Source: Rhizomicrobium sp. (GTDB taxonomy: Bacteria > Pseudomonadota > Alphaproteobacteria > Micropepsales > Micropepsaceae). Taken from it: a stretch of 64,000 bases of DNA. The notes under the pieces were generated by a model, which made no database searches, was not told where the DNA came from, and saw only the letters and a list, made by a program, of their open reading frames with translations. A program made the translations under genes and the position numbers. Location: the NCBI GenBank assembly GCA_036491175.1, contig DASXCJ010000028.1:128-64127 (forward strand), read 5' to 3'. Below, one piece after another: positions 8,682 through 18,996 of this stretch. Each line of letters begins with the position of its first letter. Position 1 is the first letter of the stretch.

Positions 8682-8756
8682 GCATGATTTCGGCCACGAA
8701 ATAGGCATGCTTTCAGCCGCGAAATAGGATAATACGTCCCCCATAAAATGGGGGGA
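8682..8756 (+). promoter_or_regulatory. Tandem 23-bp repeat plus RBS-overlapping hairpin upstream of paralog 2
   Basis: GCATGATTTCGGCCACGAAATAG (8682-8704) and GCATGCTTTCAGCCGCGAAATAG (8705-8727), then GATAATACGTCCCCCATAAAATGGGGGGA. Confidence 0.6.
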
Positions 8757-8762
8757 TGCGAC

Positions 8763-11700
8763 ATGGGCACGTTCAAGGGCACGTCGGGAGACGACAATCT
8801 TTCCGGCACGAGCGGCAGCGACCAGTTCAATCTCATCCAGGGCGGCGAGGACACCGCCGGCGGCCTCGGCGGCAACGATACGTTCACGATGCATGGCACG
8901 CTCGACGCGGGCGATGCGATCGACGGCGGATCGGGCTCCGACACGGTCAGTCTGAGCGGCGATTATTCGGCGGGCGTGACCTTCACCGCCACCACCATCG
9001 CCAATGTCGAGCGCATCCTGCTCGGCGCCGGCTTCGACTACAAGCTCACCTCCGACGACGCCACCGTGGCCGCAGGGCAGACGCTGACCATCGACGGCGC
9101 GCATCTGGGCGCGGGCGACACGCTGAACTTCGACGGCTCGGCCGAGACCGACGGCAAGCTGGTCATGACCGGCGGCGCGGGCGACGACATACTCAAGGGC
9201 GGCAGCGCCGGCGCGGTGTTCGACCTGCGCGCGGGCGGCGAGGACACCGCCACCGGCGGATCGGGCAGCGATCTTTTCATCGTCGGCGGCAATCTCGACG
9301 CCGGCGACCGTATTGACGGCGGCTTCAGCATCGTCGGCGCGCATGACGTGCTGCGCATCGCCGGCGATTATTCCGCCGGCCTCACCTTCGGCGCGAACAC
9401 GATCCAGAACATCGCTACGCTGCAGTTCGGCGCGGGCTTCGACTACAATTTCACCGTCGACAACGCCAATTTCCTCTCCGGCCCCACGGCGCTCATCAAT
9501 GCGGGCGGCCTCGGCGCCGGCGATAGCCTCGGCTTCGACGCCTCCGCCTCCGACGCCAATTTCCACTTCATCGGCGGCGCCGGCAACGACGTGCTCAAGG
9601 GCGGCACGGCCGGGGCCTATTTCGATCTCTCCAAAGGCGGCGACGACACCGCCGTGGGCGGGGTGCGCGACGACCACTTCAACCTCGGCGGCACCTTCAA
9701 TGCGGCCGACAGCATCGACGGCGGCGGCGGCAACGACCGCGTCGACATCACCGGGCTGGACGGCACCGACACCGTCACCTTCACCGCCACCACCATGACC
9801 AATGTGGCGTCGCTCGTCCTCGGCGCGGGCCACAATTACGACCTCGTCACCAATGACGCGACGGTGGCGGCGGACGCCACCATGCTGATCAACGGCGCCG
9901 GACTCGGCGCGAGCGACGCGCTCACCTTCGACGGCACGGCGGAGACCGACGGCCACTTCCTCATCCGCGGCGGCGCCGGCGACGACAGCCTCACGGGCGG
10001 GCAGGACGGCGACACGTTCAACCTCACCAAGGGCGGCGCGGACACCGCCACCGGCGGCGCCGGCAACGACACCTTCAACATGGGCGGCGCGTTCGACAGT
10101 GACGATCTGATCGACGGCGGCGGCGGCACCGACACGCTCAGCCTCAACGGCACCTATGCGACCCCGATCGCGGTGTCGGGCACGATGGTGCAGAATGTCG
10201 AGACCGTCACGCTCGCGGGCAGCGGCTACAATATCGCCTGGCAATCGGCGATCGCATCCACCCTCACGGTCGATGCGTCCACGATCGGCAGCGGCAACAG
10301 CGTCATCTTCGATTCCACCTCGCTCGCCACGGGAGACGTCCATTTCATCGCCGGCGCCGGCGACACCGAGTTCAGCGGCGGTGGCGGGGACGACGTCGTC
10401 GATCTCCAGAACAGCGCGGACGGCTATCGGATATCCGCCGGCGGCGGCGACGACACGGTCAATTTCGGCGCCAGTTACGGTGCGGGATTGCCCCTCGTGG
10501 ACTTCGCCGACGGCAACGCGGGCAGCAACACGGCGACCTTCGATGGCGATTATGCGGGCGGCCTCACGCTCGGGGTCGAGTCCTTCATCATCTTCACCTT
10601 CGGCCTGGCCGACTTCCAGACGGTCGAGCTGCTGGGCGATCACTCCTACACCGTCACCTTCGACGACACGCAAGTCGGCGGCGCGACGCTGACCGGCGGC
10701 GCGGCACTGACCGTGGACGCAAGCGCGCTGGGCGCGGGCGATCATGCCAATCTCGATTTCTCACTGTCCCAAGCCCCCGGCTTCACCGTCACCGGCGGCG
10801 CGGGCGACGACACCCTCACCTTCGCCGGAAACTTCTCCGCCTCCGATGCAATCAACGGCGGCGCCGGCAACGACACGCTGGAGCTGAACGGCGACTATTC
10901 CGCCGGCCTCACATTCGGTGCGGCCACGATGACGAACGTGGAAACCCTGAAGCTCGATGCCGGCGACAGCTACGATCTCGTCACCAACGACGCCACTGTC
11001 GCATCCGGCCAAACCCTGACGGTCGATGCCTCCGCGCTCGGCGTGGGCGAGGCGCTCACCTTCGACGGCTCGGCCGAGACCAACGGCTTCTTCGCCATCA
11101 CCGGCGGCGCGGGCGACGATGCGGTCAAATTCGGCAGCCATTTCTCGGTGGCCGACAGCGTCGACGGCGGCGCGGGCAACGACACGGTGACGCTGAACAA
11201 TGTCAAAGGCACCTACAACTTCACCGACACCACGATGACGAACGTCGAAACGCTCGCCGTCAACACAGCCTTTTTGCAAAATATCGCCATCACCACGACG
11301 GACGCCAATGTGGCTGCGGGCGCGACACTGACCGTCGATTTTTCTCCGACTAACATTGCGCTGAATATTACGTTCGACGGCAGCGCGGAGCAGGACGGGC
11401 ATTTCGCTTTCATTGCCCCGGGTATCGCGAATGGCGTCGTCACACTGACCGGCGGCGCGCTTTCGGACAGCTTCGCCCTCGGGGCCGACTCCGCGATCAG
11501 CAACCTTTTCAATGGCGGCGGCGGCGACGACACGTTGAACACCATTGCCCTTGCGAGCAGGGCCGATTTTGACGGCGGCACCGGCAACGACACGGTCGCG
11601 CTGACCGGCGGCGGCACCGAGAGCGACACAGGTCTCGTTCTCACCAGCGTCGAAAACATGACGCTGGACGACAACGGCTGGAACGTCACGATGGGCAACA

Positions 11701-14399
11701 TCGCGTCCGGCGACACGCTGAACGTCAATGCCACCACGCTGTCCGGCAGCCACACGCTGACATTTGACGGCTCCGAGATAACGAATGGCGCGAGGTTCGT
11801 CTTCAGCTTCGCCGGCAATTTCGTGACCGCCGACAGCCTCACCGGCGGCGTGGGCAACGACGTGCTGGCGCTCAACGGCGACTATACCAACCCGCTTGTC
11901 ATGGGCGCGAGCACGATCAGCGCTATCGAGACCATCACGGTCGCGGACGGTCACAGCTACGATATCGTCTCCAACGACGCGAACGTGGCGTCCGGCGCGA
12001 CCTTGACGGTGGATGGCTCGGCGCTGACCGGCGGCAACACGCTCTCCTTCAGCGGCTCGGCGGAGCTGGACGGCCATTTCGCCTTCATCGGCGGTGCGGG
12101 CGCGGATGTGCTGGAGGGCGGATCGCAATCCGACACGTTCGATCTCAGCCTGTCGGACGGCGCGTTCGTCAACGGCGGTGGCGGCAACGATACGTTCACC
12201 GTGACGTCGCGGGCGTTTCTGCTGGACGATTTCATCGACGGCAGCACGGGCAGCACCAACACGCTGGTGCTGAACGGCAATTTCTCCACGCTGACGGCGA
12301 TCACGGGATCCAATGTCGAGAATATCGAGGCGTTGACGCTGCTGGGCGCGGCCAACAGCTATGACATCGTCTTTACCGACGGCATCACGACCGCGCTCAC
12401 CGTGAACGCGAGCGCGGCGGCCAGCCTCACCTTCGATGCCACCGGCGACACGAGCACGGCCTTTGCGATCACCGGCAGCGCGGGCAACGACACGCTGACG
12501 GGCGGCGGGAAGAACGACAGCTTCAACCTCACCGGCGGCGGCAACGACACCGCCCATGGCGGCGCGGGCAACGACACCTTCTCGTTCGGCGGCGCGTTCA
12601 CGACGGCGGACACGGTCGATGGCGGCGCCAATTCCGACACGATCTCGCTCTCCGGCGACTATTCCGCCGGCCTCACCTTCAGCGCGACGAACATGACGAG
12701 CGTCGAGACGCTCGTCCTCAATCCCGGCCACAGCTACAACCTGACCACCAACGACGCCAACGTCGCCGCCGCCGCGACCCTGAACGTCGTCGCCTCGTCG
12801 CTCGGCGCGGGCGACACGCTCACCTTCAACGGCGCGGCGGAGAGCGACGGCCACTTCGCCATCACCGGCGGCGCGGGCAACGACACGCTCACCGGCGGCG
12901 CGCAAGCCGACAGCTTCGACCTCACCACGGGCGGCGCCGACACCGTGCATGGCGGCGGCGGCAGCGACACCATCACCTTGGGCAGCAATTTCTCGGTGTC
13001 GGATGCCATCGATGGCGGCACGGGCAGCGACACGGTGAATCTCGTCAACATCACCGGCACCTACGCCTTCACCGCCACGACGATCCAAAACGTCGAGGAT
13101 TTGGTCATCACCGTCACCGACGGACGCGACGCGTCCTTCACGACGAACGACGCCAATGTCGCGGCGGGCGCGACCATGATCGTGGATTTCTCATCTACGG
13201 GACCGGTCTTCGGCAACGGCAATCTCACCTTCGACGGCAGCGCCGAAACCGACGGCCATTTCGCCTTCGTGGAGCCCGCCAATATCCTCATCATGACCCT
13301 TACCGGCGGCGCGCTGTCGGACACACTCTCCCTCACCCATGGCGACACGGCCAACAGCAACAATTTCAACGGTCTTGGCGGCGACGACACGGTCACGACG
13401 ACAGGGAACGCAAGCTCCGTCACCTTCGACGGCGGCACGGGTAACGACACGCTCGCCTTCACCGGCGGCGGCACGGAGAGCACGGTCGAAGGCCTCACCA
13501 GCGTGGAGACCGTGACGTTCGACGACAACGACTGGAACGTCGCACAGCGTTTTCTCACCGCGGCCGCGTCGCTGAATGTGGATGCGACGGCGTTGAGCGG
13601 CGGCCACACACTCACCTTCAACGGCGTGGACACCACCGACGGCCCGGGCTTCGCGGACGAAAGCTTCGTCTTCGAATTCGCCGGCAATTTCATCGCCGGC
13701 GACAGCCTGACGGGCGGCGCGGGCAACGACACGCTTTCGCTCAACGGCGATTATTCCGCCGGCGCCGCCTTCGGCGCGGCCCAGCTCACCAGCATCGAGG
13801 CCATCACCGTCGCCGCCGGCCACAGCTACAGCCTCACCACCAACGACGGCAACGTCGCCTCGGGCGCGAGCTTGACGGTGGATGCCTCGGCGCTGGGGTC
13901 CGGCAACACCCTGACTTTCAACGGCTCGGCGGAAACCGACGGCAGCTTCGTCATCACCGGCGGCGCGGGCAACGACACGCTGCAAGGCGGCAACGGCGCC
14001 GATACGATGACGGGGGGCGCGGGCGCCGACGCCTATGTGTACAATTCCGCGTCGGCCTCGCCGTCGGACACCGCCGCGCATGTCGATCACATCACCGATT
14101 TCAACGGCGCGGCGGACAAGTTCGATTTTTCCATCGCAGTCCACTTTCAGGGCGGGGACACCGTCAGCGCGGCCAACGATATCGGCGACCTGACTTTCTC
14201 CACTGTCGTGAACGGGGACTTCGGGCTCGGGTTCACCAACGATGCGATACTGGTCCTGGTGCAGGGCGGAGCATTGGCCGGCCACACCTTCCTGTGCGTC
14301 GACTGGAACAACAGCCACCACTACGACGCGGGCGACCTGACGGTCGACATCACCGGCGTTACGAACGAGGGCTCGATCTCGGCGTCCACCTTCATCTGA
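8763..14399 (+). CDS. Large RTX/Ca-binding repeat surface protein, paralog 2 (~1878 aa, roughly 14 modules)
   Basis: Repeated IDGGxGxDTLxLxGDYSAG...NVE...TNDATVA...LTFDGSAETDGHF.ITGGAGND module; acidic and Gly/Asp/Thr-rich; C-terminal GHTFLCVDWN..DLTVDITG. Confidence 0.9.
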   Translation: MGTFKGTSGDDNLSGTSGSDQFNLIQGGEDTAGGLGGNDTFTMHGTLDAGDAIDGGSGSDTVSLSGDYSAGVTFTATTIANVERILLGAGFDYKLTSDDATVAAGQTLTIDGAHLGAGDTLNFDGSAETDGKLVMTGGAGDDILKGGSAGAVFDLRAGGEDTATGGSGSDLFIVGGNLDAGDRIDGGFSIVGAHDVLRIAGDYSAGLTFGANTIQNIATLQFGAGFDYNFTVDNANFLSGPTALINAGGLGAGDSLGFDASASDANFHFIGGAGNDVLKGGTAGAYFDLSKGGDDTAVGGVRDDHFNLGGTFNAADSIDGGGGNDRVDITGLDGTDTVTFTATTMTNVASLVLGAGHNYDLVTNDATVAADATMLINGAGLGASDALTFDGTAETDGHFLIRGGAGDDSLTGGQDGDTFNLTKGGADTATGGAGNDTFNMGGAFDSDDLIDGGGGTDTLSLNGTYATPIAVSGTMVQNVETVTLAGSGYNIAWQSAIASTLTVDASTIGSGNSVIFDSTSLATGDVHFIAGAGDTEFSGGGGDDVVDLQNSADGYRISAGGGDDTVNFGASYGAGLPLVDFADGNAGSNTATFDGDYAGGLTLGVESFIIFTFGLADFQTVELLGDHSYTVTFDDTQVGGATLTGGAALTVDASALGAGDHANLDFSLSQAPGFTVTGGAGDDTLTFAGNFSASDAINGGAGNDTLELNGDYSAGLTFGAATMTNVETLKLDAGDSYDLVTNDATVASGQTLTVDASALGVGEALTFDGSAETNGFFAITGGAGDDAVKFGSHFSVADSVDGGAGNDTVTLNNVKGTYNFTDTTMTNVETLAVNTAFLQNIAITTTDANVAAGATLTVDFSPTNIALNITFDGSAEQDGHFAFIAPGIANGVVTLTGGALSDSFALGADSAISNLFNGGGGDDTLNTIALASRADFDGGTGNDTVALTGGGTESDTGLVLTSVENMTLDDNGWNVTMGNIASGDTLNVNATTLSGSHTLTFDGSEITNGARFVFSFAGNFVTADSLTGGVGNDVLALNGDYTNPLVMGASTISAIETITVADGHSYDIVSNDANVASGATLTVDGSALTGGNTLSFSGSAELDGHFAFIGGAGADVLEGGSQSDTFDLSLSDGAFVNGGGGNDTFTVTSRAFLLDDFIDGSTGSTNTLVLNGNFSTLTAITGSNVENIEALTLLGAANSYDIVFTDGITTALTVNASAAASLTFDATGDTSTAFAITGSAGNDTLTGGGKNDSFNLTGGGNDTAHGGAGNDTFSFGGAFTTADTVDGGANSDTISLSGDYSAGLTFSATNMTSVETLVLNPGHSYNLTTNDANVAAAATLNVVASSLGAGDTLTFNGAAESDGHFAITGGAGNDTLTGGAQADSFDLTTGGADTVHGGGGSDTITLGSNFSVSDAIDGGTGSDTVNLVNITGTYAFTATTIQNVEDLVITVTDGRDASFTTNDANVAAGATMIVDFSSTGPVFGNGNLTFDGSAETDGHFAFVEPANILIMTLTGGALSDTLSLTHGDTANSNNFNGLGGDDTVTTTGNASSVTFDGGTGNDTLAFTGGGTESTVEGLTSVETVTFDDNDWNVAQRFLTAAASLNVDATALSGGHTLTFNGVDTTDGPGFADESFVFEFAGNFIAGDSLTGGAGNDTLSLNGDYSAGAAFGAAQLTSIEAITVAAGHSYSLTTNDGNVASGASLTVDASALGSGNTLTFNGSAETDGSFVITGGAGNDTLQGGNGADTMTGGAGADAYVYNSASASPSDTAAHVDHITDFNGAADKFDFSIAVHFQGGDTVSAANDIGDLTFSTVVNGDFGLGFTNDAILVLVQGGALAGHTFLCVDWNNSHHYDAGDLTVDITGVTNEGSISASTFI

Positions 14400-14479
14400 G
14401 CGCGCGCCCCGCAAAACAACAAGCAGGGGTTGCGGACACGGATCGTGTCGCGTCGTGGCTGCGCTTGCTCCCGCGCCGC

Positions 14480-14531
14480 GCATGCTTTCCGCCGCGAAAT
14501 GGGTTAATACGTCCCTCATAAATTGGGGGGA
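14480..14531 (+). promoter_or_regulatory. Conserved upstream motif of paralog 3 (copy of 8705-8756)
   Basis: GCATGCTTTCCGCCGCGAAATGGGTTAATACGTCCCTCATAAATTGGGGGGA aligns ungapped with 8705-8756. Confidence 0.6.
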
Positions 14532-14537
14532 TCGGCC

Positions 14538-17500
14538 ATGACCACGTTCAAAGGCACATCGGGCAATAACGATTTCACCGGCGGCAGCGGCCGGGACGAT
14601 TTCAACCTGGTGCAGGGCGGCGAGGACACCGCCAGCGGCGCCGGCGGCGGCGACATCTTCCACATGGGCGGCGCCTTCGACGCGGGCGACACGCTGGACG
14701 GCGGCGCCGGCTCCGATTCGCTCTTCCTCAACGGCGATTATTCCGGCGGCGTCACCTTCACCGCGACCACGCTCGTCAATGTCGAGCGCATCCTGCTGGC
14801 CGACGGCTTCGACTACGTCCTGACCACCGACGACGCGACGGTCGCGGCGGGCGAGAAGATGACGGTCGACGCCTCGCGGCTCGGCGCCGGTCACGCGCTC
14901 ACCTTCGACGGCAGGGCGGAGACCGACGGGCGCTTCTATCTCATCGGCGGCGCGGGCGACGACGTGCTCAAGGGCGGCAGCGCGGGCGATGTCTACAATC
15001 TCACCCATGGCGGCGAGGACAGTGTCACCGGCGGCAGCGGCAACGACGTCTTCTCCGTCGGCGGCGCGCTCGACGCGGGCGACAGGATCGACGGCGGCTT
15101 CAGCTTCGGCAACGCCCATGACGTGCTGCGCCTCAACGGCGACTATTCGGCGGGGCTGACGCTCGGCGCCGACACGATCCAGAACATCTATACGCTGCAG
15201 TTCGACGCCGGCCACAGCTACAAGATCGTCGCCGACAACGCCAATTTCCTCTCCGGCCCCACGGTCTTGATCCGCGCCGACGGATTGGGCGCGGGCAACT
15301 TCCTCAATTTCGACGGCTCCGCGTCGGACGCGGATTTCCATTTCGTCGGCGGCGCGGGCAACGACGTGCTCAGCGGCGGCACCGCCGCCGACCTCTTCGA
15401 TCTTTCCCACGGCGGCAACGACACCGCCCATGGCGGCGATCTGGCCGACCGCTTCGTGCTGGGCGCGACGTTCAACGCCTCGGACAATATCGACGGCGGC
15501 GCGGGCAACGACCGCGTCGACATCACCGGCATGGACGGTGTCGACAACATCGCCTTCACCGCCACCACCATGACCAATGTCGAGGACCTCGTCCTCGGCG
15601 CGGGGCATTTCTATACGCTGGCCAGCGCCGATGCGACGGTCGCGAACGACGCCACCATGCTGATCAACGGCGCGGATCTCGGCGCGGGCGATCCGCTGTC
15701 CTTCAACGGGTCGGCCGAAAGCAACGGCCATTTCATCCTGCGCGGCGGCGCCGGCAACGACATCCTCACCGGCGGCGCGCAGTCCGACACCTTCAACCTC
15801 ACCAAGGGCGGCGCCGACACCGCCAATGGCGGAACCGGCACCGACATTTTCAACATGGGCGGCGCGCTGACGGCCGCCGACACGATCGACGGCGGCGGCG
15901 GCGCCGACACGCTGACGCTCGACGGCGACTACAGCGCCGGTCTCACTTTGGGCGCGGCCACGATCACCAGCGTGGAGACGCTCTTCTTCGACGGCCCGGG
16001 GCATTCCTACAGGCTCACCACCAACGACGCGATGGTCGCCGCGGGCACGACCCTGACCGTGGACGGCAGCGCGATCGACAATATCGATGCGCTCAACTTC
16101 AACGGCTCGGCAGAGACCGACGGTCACTTCGCCTTCACCGGCGGGTTGGGCGACGATCGCTTCATCGGCGGCACGCTGAGCAGCACCTTCAACCTCACCG
16201 AAGGCGGCAACGACACCGCCACCGGCGGCGCGGGCAACGACACCTTCACCCTGGGCGCCAAGCTGAACGCCGCCGACAGGATCGATGGCGGCGACGGCAA
16301 CGACTCGGTGATCGTGAGCGGCAATTATTCCGCCGGGCTCACCTTCACCGCCACCACGATGGTCAATGTCGAGAACCTCACCCTCGGCGGCGGGAACGAC
16401 TACACATTCACCACCAACGAGGCGACGATCGCATCGGGCGGTTCGCTCACCGTCAACATGGTGGCGCTCGGCACGGGGCACACGCTCACCCTCGACGCCT
16501 CGGCGGAGACGGACGGCGCGATCGTCGTCACCGCGGGCGCGGCGTTCACGGCGGACGACAGCTTCATCGTCGGCACGGGCCAGTCGGCGCTGATCCTGAA
16601 CGGCGACTACAGCGCGGGCCTCGTCTTCGAGGCGACGACGGCGCAGAACCTGGGCGACATCGAGCTCGGCGGCGGCCACAGCTACAACATCACCCTGAAC
16701 GACGCGACCGCGGCCGCCGGCATGGCGGTGGACGCATCGGCGCTCGGCGCGGGCGACACGCTGACGGTCAATGGCGCGGCGGAGACCAACGTGACGCTCA
16801 ACATCTTCGGCGGCGCCGGCAACGACACCATCACCGGCGGCCAGGCCGGCGACTTGATCAATATCGGCCAGGGCGGCAACGACACCGTCCATGGCGGAAG
16901 CGGCGCCAACGAGATCGACATAGGCGGCGCGCTGACGGCTGCGGATTCCATCGACGGCGGCGGCAACGGCGGCACCTACATCGCGATGGCCGGCAACTAT
17001 ACCGGCGCCAATGCGCTGGTACTCGGTGCGACCACCGTCACCCATGTCGCCCAGCTCCAGTTCGGCAGCGGCGACAGCTACGACATCACCACCAACGACG
17101 CGACGGTCGCGAGCGGGGCTGAGTTGAGCGTCGCTGCCGATTCGCTCGGCGTCAGCGATGTCCTGATCTTCAACGGCGCGGCCGAAACCGACGGCACGTT
17201 CAGCATCGTCGGCGGCGCGGGCGACGACACGCTCACCGGCGGCAACGGCGCGGACACCTTCACCGGCGGCGCGGGCGAAGACACGTTCAAATATACCGCC
17301 GCCGCGCAGTCCACCAACACGAGCTATGACCACATCGCCGACTACGCCGCCGGCACCGACGTGTTCAACTTCGGCGGCATCGTAGGCGGCTTCGACGGCA
17401 CGATCGGCGCGACGGTCGACGCGGGGGCGAACTTCAACACCGATATCGGCAATGCCTTCAGCGACAGCACCCTGCACGGCAACCACGCCTGGGTCGTCTT

Positions 17501-17639
17501 CGCCAACAGCGGCACATTGAGCGGACATTCCTTCCTCGTCGTCGACACCAACAACAACGCCCATTACGACGGCGGCGCCGACTACGTGATCGACATCACC
17601 GGCTTCACCGGCACGATCACGGCGGGGGATTTTATCTAA
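14538..17639 (+). CDS. RTX/Ca-binding repeat surface protein, paralog 3 (~1033 aa)
   Basis: Same module; N-terminal ~460 aa collinear with paralog 2; C-terminal GHSFLVVDTN..ADYVIDITGFTG. Confidence 0.9.
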   Translation: MTTFKGTSGNNDFTGGSGRDDFNLVQGGEDTASGAGGGDIFHMGGAFDAGDTLDGGAGSDSLFLNGDYSGGVTFTATTLVNVERILLADGFDYVLTTDDATVAAGEKMTVDASRLGAGHALTFDGRAETDGRFYLIGGAGDDVLKGGSAGDVYNLTHGGEDSVTGGSGNDVFSVGGALDAGDRIDGGFSFGNAHDVLRLNGDYSAGLTLGADTIQNIYTLQFDAGHSYKIVADNANFLSGPTVLIRADGLGAGNFLNFDGSASDADFHFVGGAGNDVLSGGTAADLFDLSHGGNDTAHGGDLADRFVLGATFNASDNIDGGAGNDRVDITGMDGVDNIAFTATTMTNVEDLVLGAGHFYTLASADATVANDATMLINGADLGAGDPLSFNGSAESNGHFILRGGAGNDILTGGAQSDTFNLTKGGADTANGGTGTDIFNMGGALTAADTIDGGGGADTLTLDGDYSAGLTLGAATITSVETLFFDGPGHSYRLTTNDAMVAAGTTLTVDGSAIDNIDALNFNGSAETDGHFAFTGGLGDDRFIGGTLSSTFNLTEGGNDTATGGAGNDTFTLGAKLNAADRIDGGDGNDSVIVSGNYSAGLTFTATTMVNVENLTLGGGNDYTFTTNEATIASGGSLTVNMVALGTGHTLTLDASAETDGAIVVTAGAAFTADDSFIVGTGQSALILNGDYSAGLVFEATTAQNLGDIELGGGHSYNITLNDATAAAGMAVDASALGAGDTLTVNGAAETNVTLNIFGGAGNDTITGGQAGDLINIGQGGNDTVHGGSGANEIDIGGALTAADSIDGGGNGGTYIAMAGNYTGANALVLGATTVTHVAQLQFGSGDSYDITTNDATVASGAELSVAADSLGVSDVLIFNGAAETDGTFSIVGGAGDDTLTGGNGADTFTGGAGEDTFKYTAAAQSTNTSYDHIADYAAGTDVFNFGGIVGGFDGTIGATVDAGANFNTDIGNAFSDSTLHGNHAWVVFANSGTLSGHSFLVVDTNNNAHYDGGADYVIDITGFTGTITAGDFI

Positions 17640-17710
17640 CCCTCCCATGTCATCCTCAGCCGGGGATGACATGGGAGGTTGTTCGCTTCGCGGGGATGAC
17701 AATCTTTTTT
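17638..17710 (+). terminator. Long hairpin after paralog 3, derived from family C repeat
   Basis: AACCTCCCATGTCATCC ... GGATGACATGGGAGGTT stem, then a further GGGGATGACA and a T-run. Confidence 0.55.
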
Positions 17711-17732
17711 GTCGCCCTGCTATATTCCCCCC

Positions 17733-18611
17733 ATGACACGGATTGGGACGGGTCTGGAATATTGGGACGCGGCGGGTGCGCCCGAGGCGCTGGCGCGCAT
17801 GACCTTCCATCCCGCGCGCGCGAACGCGATGCGCCATTCGGTGCGCGGCGGGCTGTCCTTCTTCGACGCCGAGCCGCAGGCCAATGCGCTGTTCCTCGAC
17901 GTCGGCAGCTTCGCGCTCGGCATCATCGCGCTTTATCTCGATGCCACCGGCGGCGTCTCGCATCGCCATCTGAGGCAGATGAGCCAGTCCTCCTCCATCC
18001 TCTCCGGCGGGCGCGCCTCGGCGATGCTGGCGACGATGCGGCTCAAGGGTTTCATCCGCCGCGACGCGGGCGAAGGCCGCCAAGTCCTCTATCGCCCCGA
18101 GCCGCTGCTGAAGACCTTCTTCCGCGGCCGCATGCGCATCGAGATCGAGGCCTGCGCGATGATCGAGCCCGCGATCGCGCCCTTCCTCGCGCGTTGGGAC
18201 GAGCCGGCGGTCTGCGAACGCTTCTGGAGTCATTTCGGCGCGCAGATGATCCGCGCCGGGCAGAACCGCTTGCCGGAGCTCGAAGCCCATAGCCGTATCG
18301 GCGCGCGCCGCGCCGGCTCGCTCATCCTCTACCAGATCCTGGCCGATGCCGACCGCGGCGGCGACTTCCCCGCTGTCGCGCCCTTCGGCCTCTCGGTCTC
18401 CGCCACCGCGCGGCGCTTCGGCGTCTCGCGCTCGCAGGTGCTGCGCAGCGTGCGCGAGATCGCGCGTGAAGGCCTCATCGCCCGCGGCGGCCACGAAGCC
18501 GACGGCACGGTCTTGCCCGCGCTCGCCGCGACCTTCCCCTCGTTCTGGGCGCATGGCCAGATCGGCATCCTCGCCAGCGCCCACCGCGCGATGCTAGAGA
18601 CGGGCGCATGA
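17733..18611 (+). CDS. Putative tandem winged-helix transcriptional regulator
   Basis: C-terminal LSVSATARRFGVSRSQVLRSVREIAREGLI HTH; N-terminal HTH-like SGGRASAMLATMRLKGFI. Confidence 0.65.
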   Translation: MTRIGTGLEYWDAAGAPEALARMTFHPARANAMRHSVRGGLSFFDAEPQANALFLDVGSFALGIIALYLDATGGVSHRHLRQMSQSSSILSGGRASAMLATMRLKGFIRRDAGEGRQVLYRPEPLLKTFFRGRMRIEIEACAMIEPAIAPFLARWDEPAVCERFWSHFGAQMIRAGQNRLPELEAHSRIGARRAGSLILYQILADADRGGDFPAVAPFGLSVSATARRFGVSRSQVLRSVREIAREGLIARGGHEADGTVLPALAATFPSFWAHGQIGILASAHRAMLETGA

Positions 18612-18958
18612 AAGCGCTCACCGGCATCCATCCCCTCCTCTTCCTGATCGTCGCCACCATCGTCGAAGTGAGCGGCGACGCCGTGCTGCGGCTGGCGCTC
18701 TACGGCCATCCCGGCCTCACGCCCGCACGCGTCGGATTGTTCGTGGGCGGCGCCGCGCTGCTCTTCGCCTATGGCACGTTCCTCAACCTCGCCCCGCTCG
18801 AATTCCGCCAGGTCGTCGGCCTCTATATCGCGACCCTGTTCGTCGTCTGGCAGGTCATCAATTTCGCGTTCTTCCGCACCTTGCCCACCGCGCCGATCCT
18901 CGCGGGCGGCGCGCTGATCGTGTCGGGCGGATTGATCGTGACGTTCTGGAAGGCGTGA
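18608..18958 (+). CDS. Small 4-TM membrane protein (SMR/YnfA-like DMT superfamily)
   Basis: 116 aa, four hydrophobic spans, Glu in TM1 (ATIVEVSGD), G.Y..LFV..W; ATGA-coupled to the regulator. Confidence 0.7.
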   Translation: MKALTGIHPLLFLIVATIVEVSGDAVLRLALYGHPGLTPARVGLFVGGAALLFAYGTFLNLAPLEFRQVVGLYIATLFVVWQVINFAFFRTLPTAPILAGGALIVSGGLIVTFWKA

Positions 18959-18996
18959 CGGGCTGGAAGGCGTGACGGGCTGGAAGGCGTGACGGG
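18946..18996. repeat. 17-bp tandem repeat x3 spanning the stop codon
   Basis: CTGGAAGGCGTGACGGG exact at 18946, 18963 and 18980. Confidence 0.9.
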
